Shown here piece after piece: positions 1 through 7,860 of a DNA stretch of 41,440 nt; the stretch's first letter is position 1; each line of letters opens with the position of its first letter. The stretch comes from a virus, in IMG/VR virus record IMGVR_UViG_3300002461_000793, positions 1 to 41,440 of that record. One strand, written 5' to 3'. The notes under the pieces are model-generated. The model saw only the letters and a list, made by a program, of their open reading frames with translations. It did no database searches and was not told the DNA's origin. A program made the translations under genes and the position numbers.

Positions 1-94
1 CCAGTCTTCCAGTCGGACACCAGCAGCACGTCGTCCTCAACATGATGGGCGCAGTCGATCTTGATCCGCACCCAGCAGTTGACCCAATCATCCC
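1..94. repeat. Terminal duplication: nt 1-94 are identical to nt 41347-41440 (overlap of a circular or circularly permuted genome)
   Basis: Direct reading: the window starts ccagtcttccagtcggacaccagcagcacg. The same string restarts at 41347 and runs to the last base. The duplication lies inside a coding gene. Confidence 0.95.
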
Positions 95-395
95 ACCTGG
101 ATTTATCCCAGTCCTTGGTGAACGCCCAGGTCTCTTCTACCGTTGGCGGCAGGATCTTCTTGCCGTACGCCTTCCGCAGAGTCTTGAACTCATCGGCGAA
201 GATCTTCAGCTCCTTCGGCAACGTCGCCACCAGACCCTTGATATACTTCTCAGCCTTCTTGTGTATCTCATCACCACGGGCCATGGCCTCATTGGGAGGC
301 TCCTTGATGCGGTCGATGAACGACAGCTTCGCCTTCAGCGGGCAAAGCTTGTAGGTCGCGTAGCGACTGAAAGACCAGCTGGTCAGCTTCTTCAT
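1..395 (-). CDS. PD-(D/E)XK Cas4/RecB-like exonuclease, N-terminal part. The gene wraps the window ends and continues at 41346..41031, about 236 aa in total.
   Basis: ATG at 395..393 overlaps the polymerase stop (ATGA). My translation is MKKLTSWSFSRYATYKLCPLKAKL...WVRIKIDCAHHVEDDVLLVSDWKTG. It runs in frame into the ORF 41031..41417 through the 94-nt duplication. Confidence 0.75.
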   Translation of the reverse strand, partial: MKKLTSWSFSRYATYKLCPLKAKLSFIDRIKEPPNEAMARGDEIHKKAEKYIKGLVATLPKELKIFADEFKTLRKAYGKKILPPTVEETWAFTKDWDKSRWDDWVNCWVRIKIDCAHHVEDDVLLVSDWKT

Positions 396-2317
396 TTGAT
401 CACCTTACCCTTCTTGTCGTAGTCCTTCAGTTCGTTCCAATTGGTAGTTGACACCGCGCCTTCGCTGAGGATCGGTACGTCAAATTCCACGCTTTCCATC
501 GTCTTACGCATCACCTCCATCTCGTCCTGCCACCCAACCCTGTTAGTGGATGCCGTCAGCTGGTCGTGCACGTTGAGAAGAATTCTGGTGGTCGGCTTCT
601 TAGCTGCGTGGAAGCGGATGATCGCCTCCTTGGTGCAGTCGGCACCAGACCCTTGAATGAGGGTGTTGACCAGCTTGTAGTCAAACGTTCTCATGCGACC
701 TTCCACCAGCTTAGGCGGCTCGCAGTAGTACTCGCGCCCTCCCCACGTGCGAATCGGCTTGTTCTCCTTGGCGACAAGCTTCATGTCGCTGTACATGTCC
801 TTCAGGCCTGGGTAGAGATCCAGGATGGCCTTCTTCAAGGCCTTCGACTCGTCAACCGGCATGTCATTCTTCATCGCCAGCTTAGCCACGCCCATCCCGT
901 AGATCAGCCCGAGGTTCGTGTTCTTCACCGGCTTGCGATCGTAGATCTTTCCTACGTTGGCCAGCTCGTCTCTCGCGTTGTCGTGGAAGTCAATCCAAGG
1001 GTTCTCAAGGTACTTGTCCATGAGGGCCCCACCCTCAAAGTGAGCCAAGATGCGAGGCTCCTGCTGAGAGTAGTCGCGGTCGATAAGGATCTGACCTGGG
1101 AACGCTGTGATGTACGACCTGACCATGGGCAGCGGCGGTAGCTTGATTGGCGGCTTTGGCAACCCAGAAGACAGGTACCTGGGAACTTCGACAAAGATGG
1201 GTTTGAACTCGTTGGCGATGTTCTGGAAGTTGGGCGTGCTGGAAAGCCTGCCCGTTCTGGTCCCAATGGTATGATCGCCAGACGGCGACTTCACCTGGTT
1301 CCACGTGGTGAAGATCAAGCCGCCAGACAACTCGGCCATCTTCAACCACGGTATCATGAACGTGTCCAGACAGGTGGCCAGCTGGGCTCTGTACTTCAGC
1401 ATCCCCAGCATCACCTTGTCGGTGACCGCCCCCATCAAGGCTTCTTTGTTGGTCTGGTACTTGCCAGAAGCCGTCAACGGCAGAAGATCCAGATCCACCT
1501 TCTTCACCCTGACCAAGGCCTCAATCAGCTGCTCGCCTGAATTCAGGTTGATGTCAGGAGACGCCTTGAGCTGCTTGATGATCCATGCATCAACGCTATG
1601 GCGAGTCTCTGAGTACATGGCCACGTCAGACCGCAGCCGCTTGAGATCCACCGGCACTCCTTGTCTCTCCATCTCAAGCAAGATGGGCATGAGCTGGCGC
1701 TCTCGGTCGTACGCCGCGTCCATACCCCTGGCCGAGATGCTGGGCCTGAGAAGCTTGAAGATCTCGTCGGTCCTGATCACGTCACCGTCGGCATAGTCTC
1801 CAACCAGGTCCCCAGGGGCATAGGCGATGTACCGGCCAAAGTAGTGGTCTGAGTTCTTGGCCTTGCTGATCTTCACCCCAGGTACAGGCTGGTTGCTCAC
1901 CAACCAGTCAGCCACCGCGTCCTGCTCATCTGGCGGCATACCGAGCAACCGCTCAGCTGCCGGCTTCAGACCCAGCTCCATCTGGTTGGGATCATCCAGA
2001 AAGATCAGGAAGAGAGTGTCGTGGATCTTTGTCCAGTGGGGAACAGGCAGCCCCATGTGCACGTCGGCCACGTCCACATCAAACTTGCCATTCTGAAAGA
2101 GGACACCGTCAGGATTCTCATAGGCCTTCCTGACAGCTTCCCGAGCTTCCCCAAATTGGCAGTTGTTCCCAGTCGGGTGGCCAAACGCATAGTACCTCGG
2201 CTTCTTCCCAGGGTACTTGATCGAGACACCGACCGGGTGCGGAGGATAGAAAGGCCGTGACTCGATCCCAAGCGTCTCAAAGTCGATGACGACTGGCTTC
2301 TCAACCCTTGATGGCAT
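392..2317 (-). CDS. Family A DNA polymerase with N-terminal 3'-5' exonuclease domain
   Basis: Exo I VIDFETLG; Pol A motif A DYSQQEPRILAH; motif B KNTNLGLIYGMG; motif C LNVHDQL. The start was moved to ATG 2317 (AAGGAG 7 nt upstream). The ORF-track start at 2338 is a GTG. Confidence 0.95.
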   Translation of the reverse strand: MPSRVEKPVVIDFETLGIESRPFYPPHPVGVSIKYPGKKPRYYAFGHPTGNNCQFGEAREAVRKAYENPDGVLFQNGKFDVDVADVHMGLPVPHWTKIHDTLFLIFLDDPNQMELGLKPAAERLLGMPPDEQDAVADWLVSNQPVPGVKISKAKNSDHYFGRYIAYAPGDLVGDYADGDVIRTDEIFKLLRPSISARGMDAAYDRERQLMPILLEMERQGVPVDLKRLRSDVAMYSETRHSVDAWIIKQLKASPDINLNSGEQLIEALVRVKKVDLDLLPLTASGKYQTNKEALMGAVTDKVMLGMLKYRAQLATCLDTFMIPWLKMAELSGGLIFTTWNQVKSPSGDHTIGTRTGRLSSTPNFQNIANEFKPIFVEVPRYLSSGLPKPPIKLPPLPMVRSYITAFPGQILIDRDYSQQEPRILAHFEGGALMDKYLENPWIDFHDNARDELANVGKIYDRKPVKNTNLGLIYGMGVAKLAMKNDMPVDESKALKKAILDLYPGLKDMYSDMKLVAKENKPIRTWGGREYYCEPPKLVEGRMRTFDYKLVNTLIQGSGADCTKEAIIRFHAAKKPTTRILLNVHDQLTASTNRVGWQDEMEVMRKTMESVEFDVPILSEGAVSTTNWNELKDYDKKGKVIK

Positions 2318-2495
2318 TGCCGATCTCCTTCCGTTCACGAGCAGCCCTGACCCTATTGAGTCGACTATGGATCCTCAGCGCGAACACCTTCCTCTTCGGC
2401 CCATCCAGCTCTACCTTGAGAAGCTGCTCACATGTCTTCTCGTCAGCCAATCTGATGATCTCGTTCAATTCCACCCATGTGCGAATTGGTTTCAC
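2301..2495 (-). CDS. Hypothetical protein (64 aa)
   Basis: GTG start with GGAGAAG 5 nt upstream, same strand as its neighbours, and a 17-nt overlap with the polymerase start. Confidence 0.5.
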   Translation of the reverse strand: MKPIRTWVELNEIIRLADEKTCEQLLKVELDGPKRKVFALRIHSRLNRVRAARERKEIGNAIKG

Positions 2496-2523
2496 GTCTT
2501 CTCCGTTGGGTCAGGGCACAAGC

Positions 2524-3339
2524 TCAGTACTTGCGGGGCTTCTTCTTGGCCGGCATCGAGTGGACAGTCCGCTTGCCCTTCACCTTCTTGTCTCCTTCTT
2601 CCGGCTCGGGGTAGGCGAACATGATGTTGGCCAGTGCTTCTTCACGCCGGTCCATGACGATCTGCATCACCTCGTCGGGGACGTTCTCCAGCGGCTCGAA
2701 CAGAACGATGAACTGGTTGTTGGGATCCGCCTGTACTTTGATCTTGGTGATCAGACCATGGGGCGGACGCTTCAGGGTGGCAGCACTGGTCTTGACGTAC
2801 CCACCGTAGGCTCGGATGGAAGTGGGCGGGATCTTCAGGTAGCCGATGCCGGCCGACTTCCAGTGCTCCAGGTCCTCGTACAGATCCAGCTTGCCGTTCT
2901 TGAACACGCCGGCGGGAATGAGGGCCAGTCGGCGGCCATTGCGGCAAGCCTTGCCCTTGCCACGCTCGGCGGTGCCGAACTCGTTGTGCTCGCACCCCTT
3001 ACAGATGTCGCTCTGAGCGTTGCCGGCCTGCACCACTTGGTCGAACGGCTTGAGCTCCTTCTCTTCGTGGGCGTACGCGTAGCACGTCGGCGCCGACGGG
3101 TTCTGCGGGTCGTACTCTTCCTGATAGTACACGTTCTCGAAGATGGCATCCAGGATCACGACGGCCATCTGGTTGTCAGGCATGGGCGAGTCATTCCAAG
3201 ACAGGATGCCTCCCTTGGTGCTGAACATCTGACCACCGCCGGAGTTCACCTCGATGGCTGCCGCGGCTTCGGCTTGACGGGCGAGTTCCTCGTCCCACTT
3301 GACGAGGGCGGTGCTCTTGCTGGGTTTCTTTGCTGCCAT
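2524..3339 (-). CDS. Hypothetical replication-module protein (271 aa); possibly ssDNA-binding
   Basis: The ORF 2524..3741 was trimmed to ATG 3339, preceded by AAGGAGAG. It has a lysine-rich basic N-terminus and C-terminus and a cysteine pair CKGCEHNEF...KACRNG. The functional guess rests only on position next to the polymerase. Confidence 0.6.
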   Translation of the reverse strand: MAAKKPSKSTALVKWDEELARQAEAAAAIEVNSGGGQMFSTKGGILSWNDSPMPDNQMAVVILDAIFENVYYQEEYDPQNPSAPTCYAYAHEEKELKPFDQVVQAGNAQSDICKGCEHNEFGTAERGKGKACRNGRRLALIPAGVFKNGKLDLYEDLEHWKSAGIGYLKIPPTSIRAYGGYVKTSAATLKRPPHGLITKIKVQADPNNQFIVLFEPLENVPDEVMQIVMDRREEALANIMFAYPEPEEGDKKVKGKRTVHSMPAKKKPRKY

Positions 3340-3341
3340 TT

Positions 3342-3596
3342 CTACTCTCCTTGGTTGACGCGGGTGTTGACATCTCTCCAGCTGTACACGACAGGGTGCC
3401 AGCCAGCCTTGATTTGCTTGCGACGACGCTCGGCTTCTCTGAAGCTGGAGACCTTCATCTCCTTCTTCTTGGCATTCGCGATGTACAGCTTCGACAGCGG
3501 ATCGCGTTCGCCTCTGTTGGGAACCAAAGCCGTTGCCGCCAGCATACCAGCCAGCACGGCAACAAGATTCGTGATGTTTTTTCCACGACCAAACAT
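3342..3596 (-). CDS. Small membrane protein (84 aa)
   Basis: ATG with TAGGAGAA upstream. One hydrophobic segment LVAVLAGMLAATALV followed by a basic tail. Confidence 0.55.
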   Translation of the reverse strand: MFGRGKNITNLVAVLAGMLAATALVPNRGERDPLSKLYIANAKKKEMKVSSFREAERRRKQIKAGWHPVVYSWRDVNTRVNQGE

Positions 3597-3605
3597 GGTG
3601 TTCTC

Positions 3606-3866
3606 CTAGAACGTAGTGGGTTGAGCGATGCCCCGCATCACGGCCATGAAGCCCTTCTGCAGGTCCGTCGCGCCGATGCTGATCCAGCGCTGGTCGAGCG
3701 CGATGCCCGGGTCTGACATGATGCTGGGGTTCAACTGACAACCCCGCAGCTTTTCAATGTACGCACCGACCAGTTCGGCAAGTGCCTTACCCTCGTTCAT
3801 CAGCTCGACTTCCTTCTCGCTGAGCTGGCGATAGCCGGTGATCTTTGGCTGCTGAAACGTTTCCAT
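3606..3866 (-). CDS. Small helical protein (86 aa); candidate Acb2/Vs.4-like cyclic-oligonucleotide sponge
   Basis: CTAGGAGAG lies upstream of the ATG. The sequence GYRQLSEKEVELMNEGK...DQRWISIGATDLQKGFMAVMRGIAQP matches my recollection of the Acb2/Vs.4 family layout. This is memory based, not searched. Confidence 0.6.
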   Translation of the reverse strand: METFQQPKITGYRQLSEKEVELMNEGKALAELVGAYIEKLRGCQLNPSIMSDPGIALDQRWISIGATDLQKGFMAVMRGIAQPTTF

Positions 3867-3875
3867 ACGGCTCTC

Positions 3876-4271
3876 CTAGACTTTGTTGATGCTCACGGAC
3901 TTGTAGTGGAACAGCTCAAGGCCCTCGATCTTCTCGCCATCGGCGATACGAAGGTTGATGGCTTCGTCAGCCAGACGACGCTGCACCATGTCGTAGGCCT
4001 TCTTCTTCACGATGTACTTCCAGACCTTGTCCCAGTCTGCTGCCCGCCACGTCGACTTCTTGTTGATGGTGACGCGGGCCAACTTCCCAGCCACTCCGCT
4101 GGCTTCAGACGCGGGGAGCTCGTTGATGATCTTCTCCTTGATGCGCTTCTCCAGCTCCTCGAGAGCCGCGACCTCGCGAGACAGGGCCAGCCGCTTCTCC
4201 TTGGTCTCGTAGAGAAGGTCGGCGCAGGCCCCAATGGTCTTGGGGATCTTCACTTCAGGTTTCTTTGGCAC
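3876..4271 (-). CDS. Hypothetical protein (131 aa)
   Basis: GTG start with GCTGAGGGAG 7 nt upstream. Charged protein predicted to be helical. Confidence 0.65.
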   Translation of the reverse strand: MPKKPEVKIPKTIGACADLLYETKEKRLALSREVAALEELEKRIKEKIINELPASEASGVAGKLARVTINKKSTWRAADWDKVWKYIVKKKAYDMVQRRLADEAINLRIADGEKIEGLELFHYKSVSINKV

Positions 4272-4311
4272 GGTATACTCCCTCAGCTGTTGGTTGATTG
4301 TACTTCAAATT

Positions 4312-4530
4312 CTAGTCCCTAACCTCCCAGCGTCTATAGAACGGGAACGGCAGGCTCCATGAGAACGCATGAGCGATGATCGGCGTCTGGATGGTAAGGT
4401 TTCCTATGAACACTCCGCTTTCCAGGTGGATAAGCTCCGACCCACCTAGGATCAGGTAGCGTCCAGAGCGCACCAGGTAGTAAGCGCATGTTGGCGGACG
4501 TAGCGGTCCAAACAGGATTCGCGTTTTCAT
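4312..4530 (-). CDS. Hypothetical protein (72 aa)
   Basis: Trimmed to ATG 4530, which forms an ATGA overlap with the upstream stop. Confidence 0.45.
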   Translation of the reverse strand: MKTRILFGPLRPPTCAYYLVRSGRYLILGGSELIHLESGVFIGNLTIQTPIIAHAFSWSLPFPFYRRWEVRD

Positions 4531-4739
4531 GGCTGGCCCTCCTTGTTTATCCACCCGTAAACAGCCGCGATGGCCGCCGCTCGCAAAGGCTCGTTGTCAG
4601 CCTCAGCTCTAGCGTAAGCGCAAACGGCGTTGACTACGACCATCGCCCGCTCAAGTTCCGCGCGGAGCATCTCAATCTGCTGATCGCGGCGCACTATTTC
4701 AGCAAAAATACTCTTGCCTCTGCGGTCGTAGGTCCGCAT
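4527..4739 (-). CDS. Hypothetical protein (70 aa)
   Basis: The ATG lies 2 nt after the upstream stop. Contains a coiled-coil-like segment QQIEMLRAELERA. Confidence 0.5.
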   Translation of the reverse strand: MRTYDRRGKSIFAEIVRRDQQIEMLRAELERAMVVVNAVCAYARAEADNEPLRAAAIAAVYGWINKEGQP

Positions 4740-4741
4740 GT

Positions 4742-4969
4742 TTACTTCCCTGCTCTCCGGTAGTAATCCACCTCCGCCTCGCAGCTCATGATCGCGTAGT
4801 GGTCCACGTACATGCCACCAATTCCCTCAGCCGCCAAGCCGCTGGACATGCCTCTCTGCTGGAGGCACTCGCCCATCGTCGGCGGCTTGAGAGTGCGCGG
4901 CTTCTGAGGCGCGCTGAGTTGGGCGCAGGCGGACAGAGAAAGAACCAGGCACAGCAGAAAGATCTTCAT
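4742..4969 (-). CDS. Predicted lipoprotein (75 aa)
   Basis: Signal peptide plus lipobox MKIFLLCLVLSLSAC. AAGGAG lies upstream. The mature part has a proline-rich segment and three further cysteines. Confidence 0.7.
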   Translation of the reverse strand: MKIFLLCLVLSLSACAQLSAPQKPRTLKPPTMGECLQQRGMSSGLAAEGIGGMYVDHYAIMSCEAEVDYYRRAGK

Positions 4970-4990
4970 GAAGACACTCCTTGAAGGAAG

Positions 4991-5009
4991 GACCCGCCGA
5001 AGCGGGCCC
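4991..5009 (-). terminator. GC-rich hairpin with UUCG tetraloop downstream of the DUF932-like gene
   Basis: The minus-strand RNA reads GGCCCGC-UUCG-GCGGGUC (7 bp including one G-U), followed by CUUCCUUC. The U-tract is poor, so it may act as a stabiliser or a partial terminator. Confidence 0.4.
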
Positions 5010-5017
5010 GTTGTTGA

Positions 5018-6004
5018 TCACACCAGAGCCAGAGCTCGTTCCAGGGCTTGGGTCTTCAGGCCGTCGCCGCGACCGAACCAGGCCGAATCCATCCGGTGGC
5101 TGGCAGTCGACGCGCGAGCGTGATGGTCGACGAACTCAGTCACCGCATTCACTACGCCCCAGGCAGTACCCTCGGTGCCGGCCAAGGTGCCGCCCATCGC
5201 AGAGCTACCGAACAGATCCATGATCTTCTGGAACTGCTTGGACTTCCGAACGTCTTCACCCAGGACCGTCTTCGTCTCGGTCAGGAGAGTCGCCACGAAC
5301 TCCGAGGCACGTTCCTGCGCCATCGAGACCGAAGCCAACTGGCGGGCAGACTTCATGAAGGTACCGAAGTTGTCGCGGGCGAGACCGAGTTGCTGCTTGA
5401 CGGACTCAGCGTCGAAGTGGCTCGTGTGGCGGATGCTGACTTCGCGCTTGGCCTTACCAGACAGAGCCATGCTGAGGGTGTTGTTGCACACCACGCGGAC
5501 AGTCGTGAAGCGAGCCGTGGTGGGCATAGTGCCGTCGCAGCTGCTGCTCAGCAGAAGGTAGCCATCCACCTTGTCCTCACCGACCACAACCGCCGACTCA
5601 CCGATGCTGGCCAGCGCCCAGAACTTCCGACCGCCGAACATGGTACCGGCCGTGTGCAGCTTGTAGCCGTTGCCGTCCACGAGGTCGCGGAAGAACTCCA
5701 GCACTTCCTTCGGCTGGACAACCTTGTACTTGGGGCTGACGATGCCCAGGGAGGCTTTCGTGTCCTCGCGGAACAGCACCAGCTGGTCGTCCATCGTCTC
5801 CATGACCGTGGAAGGATCTGCCAAGTCGCCGGTGGCGTAGCGGACCTTGGAGCGGCGGATGCGCCAGTCCATCCCTGCGGCCACCTGCCACTGCTCGAGG
5901 GTGGCGTCCTGCTCCAGCTCTTGGCCAAGCCCGTGCCACGGCGTTTCGCCGACGTAGGCCATTTCGGTGAAGCCGTTCTTGCGGATCGTGAGTGCGTGCG
6001 ACAT
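5018..6004 (-). CDS. DUF932-like (phage/plasmid-like) protein, 328 aa
   Basis: Trimmed to ATG 6004, which has AGGAG 6 nt upstream. The overall sequence recalls the DUF932/TIGR03299 family (memory based). Confidence 0.75.
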   Translation of the reverse strand: MSHALTIRKNGFTEMAYVGETPWHGLGQELEQDATLEQWQVAAGMDWRIRRSKVRYATGDLADPSTVMETMDDQLVLFREDTKASLGIVSPKYKVVQPKEVLEFFRDLVDGNGYKLHTAGTMFGGRKFWALASIGESAVVVGEDKVDGYLLLSSSCDGTMPTTARFTTVRVVCNNTLSMALSGKAKREVSIRHTSHFDAESVKQQLGLARDNFGTFMKSARQLASVSMAQERASEFVATLLTETKTVLGEDVRKSKQFQKIMDLFGSSAMGGTLAGTEGTAWGVVNAVTEFVDHHARASTASHRMDSAWFGRGDGLKTQALERALALV

Positions 6005-6048
6005 GGTCATCTCCTGGGTTGATGCGGTCGTGCGTTGACCGTGAGTAG

Positions 6049-6090
6049 ATTCTAACCAACCGCCAGGTTCTTGTACACAGTTATTTTCAT
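6049..6090 (-). promoter_or_regulatory. Conserved promoter-like element A
   Basis: Minus strand: TGAAAATAACTGTGTACAAG-N-TAGAAT. TGTACA (6077..6072), a 17-nt spacer and TAGAAT (6054..6049), about 45 nt upstream of ATG 6004. Confidence 0.6.
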
Positions 6091-6323
6091 CGCCGATCAA
6101 AAAATTTTTTCAGGTACTCTCCATTTTCAATGATCCATCTAAGTACGGTTTCGTTAGGAACGTTTTCGTAATTGACGTCGACTATTTGGTTGCCGCTTTC
6201 GTACCACTGGCAAAAATCAAGGTTGGCTTGGTGTGATTCAGCCAACTTGAGTGACGTGAATAGCGTCCCATCCGTAGCCTTGTACGACTGAACCACTTGT
6301 ACCACCGAGATCTTCTTTTTCAT
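6087..6323 (-). CDS. Hypothetical protein (78 aa) in a low-GC island
   Basis: ATG 6323 overlaps the ligase stop (TGATG). This stretch is visibly more AT-rich than its neighbours. Confidence 0.55.
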   Translation of the reverse strand: MKKKISVVQVVQSYKATDGTLFTSLKLAESHQANLDFCQWYESGNQIVDVNYENVPNETVLRWIIENGEYLKKFFDRR

Positions 6324-7231
6324 CACAAATCCTTTTCGTCCCTGAACCCAAGGAACACCGGGAACCTCGGCCGGTCCTTGGCTCCGACCAGCTGGCTCTT
6401 GTACTTGACGATGCGGTCAAGCGGAGGGTTGGCCCAGTACTCTCGGCGCTGTGTCTCGGTGAAGCCTGTCCCAATGTCGAAGATGACCCCAGTGCCCCGG
6501 TCTCTGACAGTCAACGACCCAAGCATCTCGTCAGAAGCGATCTTGCCCATCATCTTGGACGACCGTTCTTTGTGGCCCAGCGCGTTGATTGTGGCCTCGT
6601 TGATGTTGTGCTCCAACGGGTTCACCGCCATGACCACCGCCTCTCCGTCCTCAAACCTCTTCAGCTTCATGAGGTACCCCTCTTTGAGGGTAGACCTGCC
6701 GTGCTTGTACAGACCAGACGGAGACCTGACCATCGTGCCCTCGTAGCCCTGGCTCAGAGCCTGAGAATCAAACGCCAGCAGCTCCTTCTCTGACTCGATG
6801 GTGGCGTGGTGAAGAAGGTTGATGTTGATCCAGGCCGATGGTGTCCTGTTGTCCAGCATCTTCCCCAGCGCCTTGTAGCGGTAGAGGAACGGCGTGTGCA
6901 TCTGGGCTTCGGTGTAGTCGAAGACGTGGAATGTCAGTTGCCCGACTTCCTCCATGTCCAACTCCCTCTTGCTCATGACGAGGGACGAGGTCTGATTGAA
7001 CACGTCCTTGGCGTACGGCAGACCCACGATCAACTCGCCGTCCATGCCATGGAACTCCTTCCTCCCGAACATCTTCTGAACGGTCGGGTTGGGGATCGGC
7101 TTCAACGACCTGCTGAGAGCCACCCCGTCCTTGATGATGCACCGAACGCCATCCAGCTTGACGCTGGCCATGACCGGGTAGGTCAGGTTCAGGTTGTTCG
7201 GATCCAACGAAGCTGCGAGCATGGGTTTCAT
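6323..7231 (-). CDS. ATP-dependent DNA ligase
   Basis: Adenylation motif I in ASVKLDGVRC. Trimmed to ATG 7231, which forms an ATGA overlap with the upstream stop. Confidence 0.9.
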   Translation of the reverse strand: MKPMLAASLDPNNLNLTYPVMASVKLDGVRCIIKDGVALSRSLKPIPNPTVQKMFGRKEFHGMDGELIVGLPYAKDVFNQTSSLVMSKRELDMEEVGQLTFHVFDYTEAQMHTPFLYRYKALGKMLDNRTPSAWININLLHHATIESEKELLAFDSQALSQGYEGTMVRSPSGLYKHGRSTLKEGYLMKLKRFEDGEAVVMAVNPLEHNINEATINALGHKERSSKMMGKIASDEMLGSLTVRDRGTGVIFDIGTGFTETQRREYWANPPLDRIVKYKSQLVGAKDRPRFPVFLGFRDEKDL

Positions 7232-7509
7232 AGTACCCCCGATCCTTTGCATGTGGGGCAGATGGTGCTGCCCACGTAGAAGCCACCGATCACCTGACGC
7301 TTGCCTTTTCCTTGGCACATGGGACAAGGCTCAATCCTCTTGTCCGGTGCCAGCTCAAGGGCTTTCTCGTACGCCTTCCTTGCCTGATAGAAAGCGTCAG
7401 GGTCTCCACCACGGTCTGGGTGCAGCTGGCCTGCAAGCTCCCGCCACCTTGCGATCACCTCGTTCTTGGTGGCATCTTCATGCAGGCCAAGGTCACTGAA
7501 GGCGCTCAC
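7228..7509 (-). CDS. J-domain protein with DnaJ-type zinc finger (93 aa)
   Basis: HPD motif in LAGQLHPDRGGD. Two CxxCxGxG units: CPMCQGKG and CPTCKGSG. The GTG start at 7509 forms a GTGA overlap with the stop of the small ORF upstream. Confidence 0.75.
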   Translation of the reverse strand: MSAFSDLGLHEDATKNEVIARWRELAGQLHPDRGGDPDAFYQARKAYEKALELAPDKRIEPCPMCQGKGKRQVIGGFYVGSTICPTCKGSGVL

Positions 7510-7676
7510 GTGAACACCCCAGACAGTACGATCAGCTTGATGACGTACTGGCCGAAGGCGACGATGACCGCGCACCCAAGGCCCAGAAGGCCTATGAGCA
7601 GAGCTGAGAAGCAAAGCCCAGCTACGATCCAGAACGCCACGGCCAGCATGTACCCTACTGCTTTGACGTAGTCCAT
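7506..7676 (-). CDS. Small membrane protein (56 aa, below the ORF-track cutoff)
   Basis: My translation: MDYVKAVGYMLAVAFWIVAGLCFSALLIGLLGLGCAVIVAFGQYVIKLIVLSGVFT. Two hydrophobic helices. Its stop is coupled to the J-domain gene start. Confidence 0.5.
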   Translation of the reverse strand: MDYVKAVGYMLAVAFWIVAGLCFSALLIGLLGLGCAVIVAFGQYVIKLIVLSGVFT

Positions 7677-7689
7677 GTGTGTCTCCAGA

Positions 7690-7860
7690 TCAATACGGCG
7701 GGAAAGCGCTTCCGGTGAAGTAGTCGCGGAGGTTCGCCTTGTCGATAACCATCAGCACGAGCACCGCCCAGAATTGCCAGTCGTTGTACCTAATACCGGC
7801 CGTGTACAGCACGAACGCCATCGCGGCGTAGATGGCAAGCCCTACGATAGTGTTGACCAT
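7690..7860 (-). CDS. Small membrane protein (56 aa, below the ORF-track cutoff)
   Basis: My translation: MVNTIVGLAIYAAMAFVLYTAGIRYNDWQFWAVLVLMVIDKANLRDYFTGSAFPPY. GGGAGGGAGC lies immediately upstream of the ATG. Confidence 0.5.
   Translation of the reverse strand: MVNTIVGLAIYAAMAFVLYTAGIRYNDWQFWAVLVLMVIDKANLRDYFTGSAFPPY

Noticed and set aside
1-94. The end duplication as a T7-style direct terminal repeat.
   Set aside because: The repeat lies inside an ORF that is only complete when the ends are joined, and the terminase, portal and coat genes are P22-like (headful). Only read-terminus data could settle it.
2524-3741. N-terminal extensions given by the ORF track for several genes: 2524..3741, 5018..6100, 6323..7327, 7228..7614, 7842..8237, 15290..17422, 23059..24498, 31509..32183, 33199..33729, 33726..34196, 35884..36297, 37891..38424 and 38427..38723.
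   Set aside because: The extensions overlap upstream genes, are Arg/Pro-rich, and lack SD sequences. Internal starts have strong SDs or ATGA/GTGA stop-start coupling, and they coincide with the beginning of the recognisable domains.
4307-4340. A possible additional promoter upstream of GTG 4271 (TAGAAT at 4312..4307).
   Set aside because: The -10 is good. However, the upstream region (TATAGA at 18 nt) lacks the conserved TGTGTACAA block and gives only a weak -35, so it was not listed as a feature.
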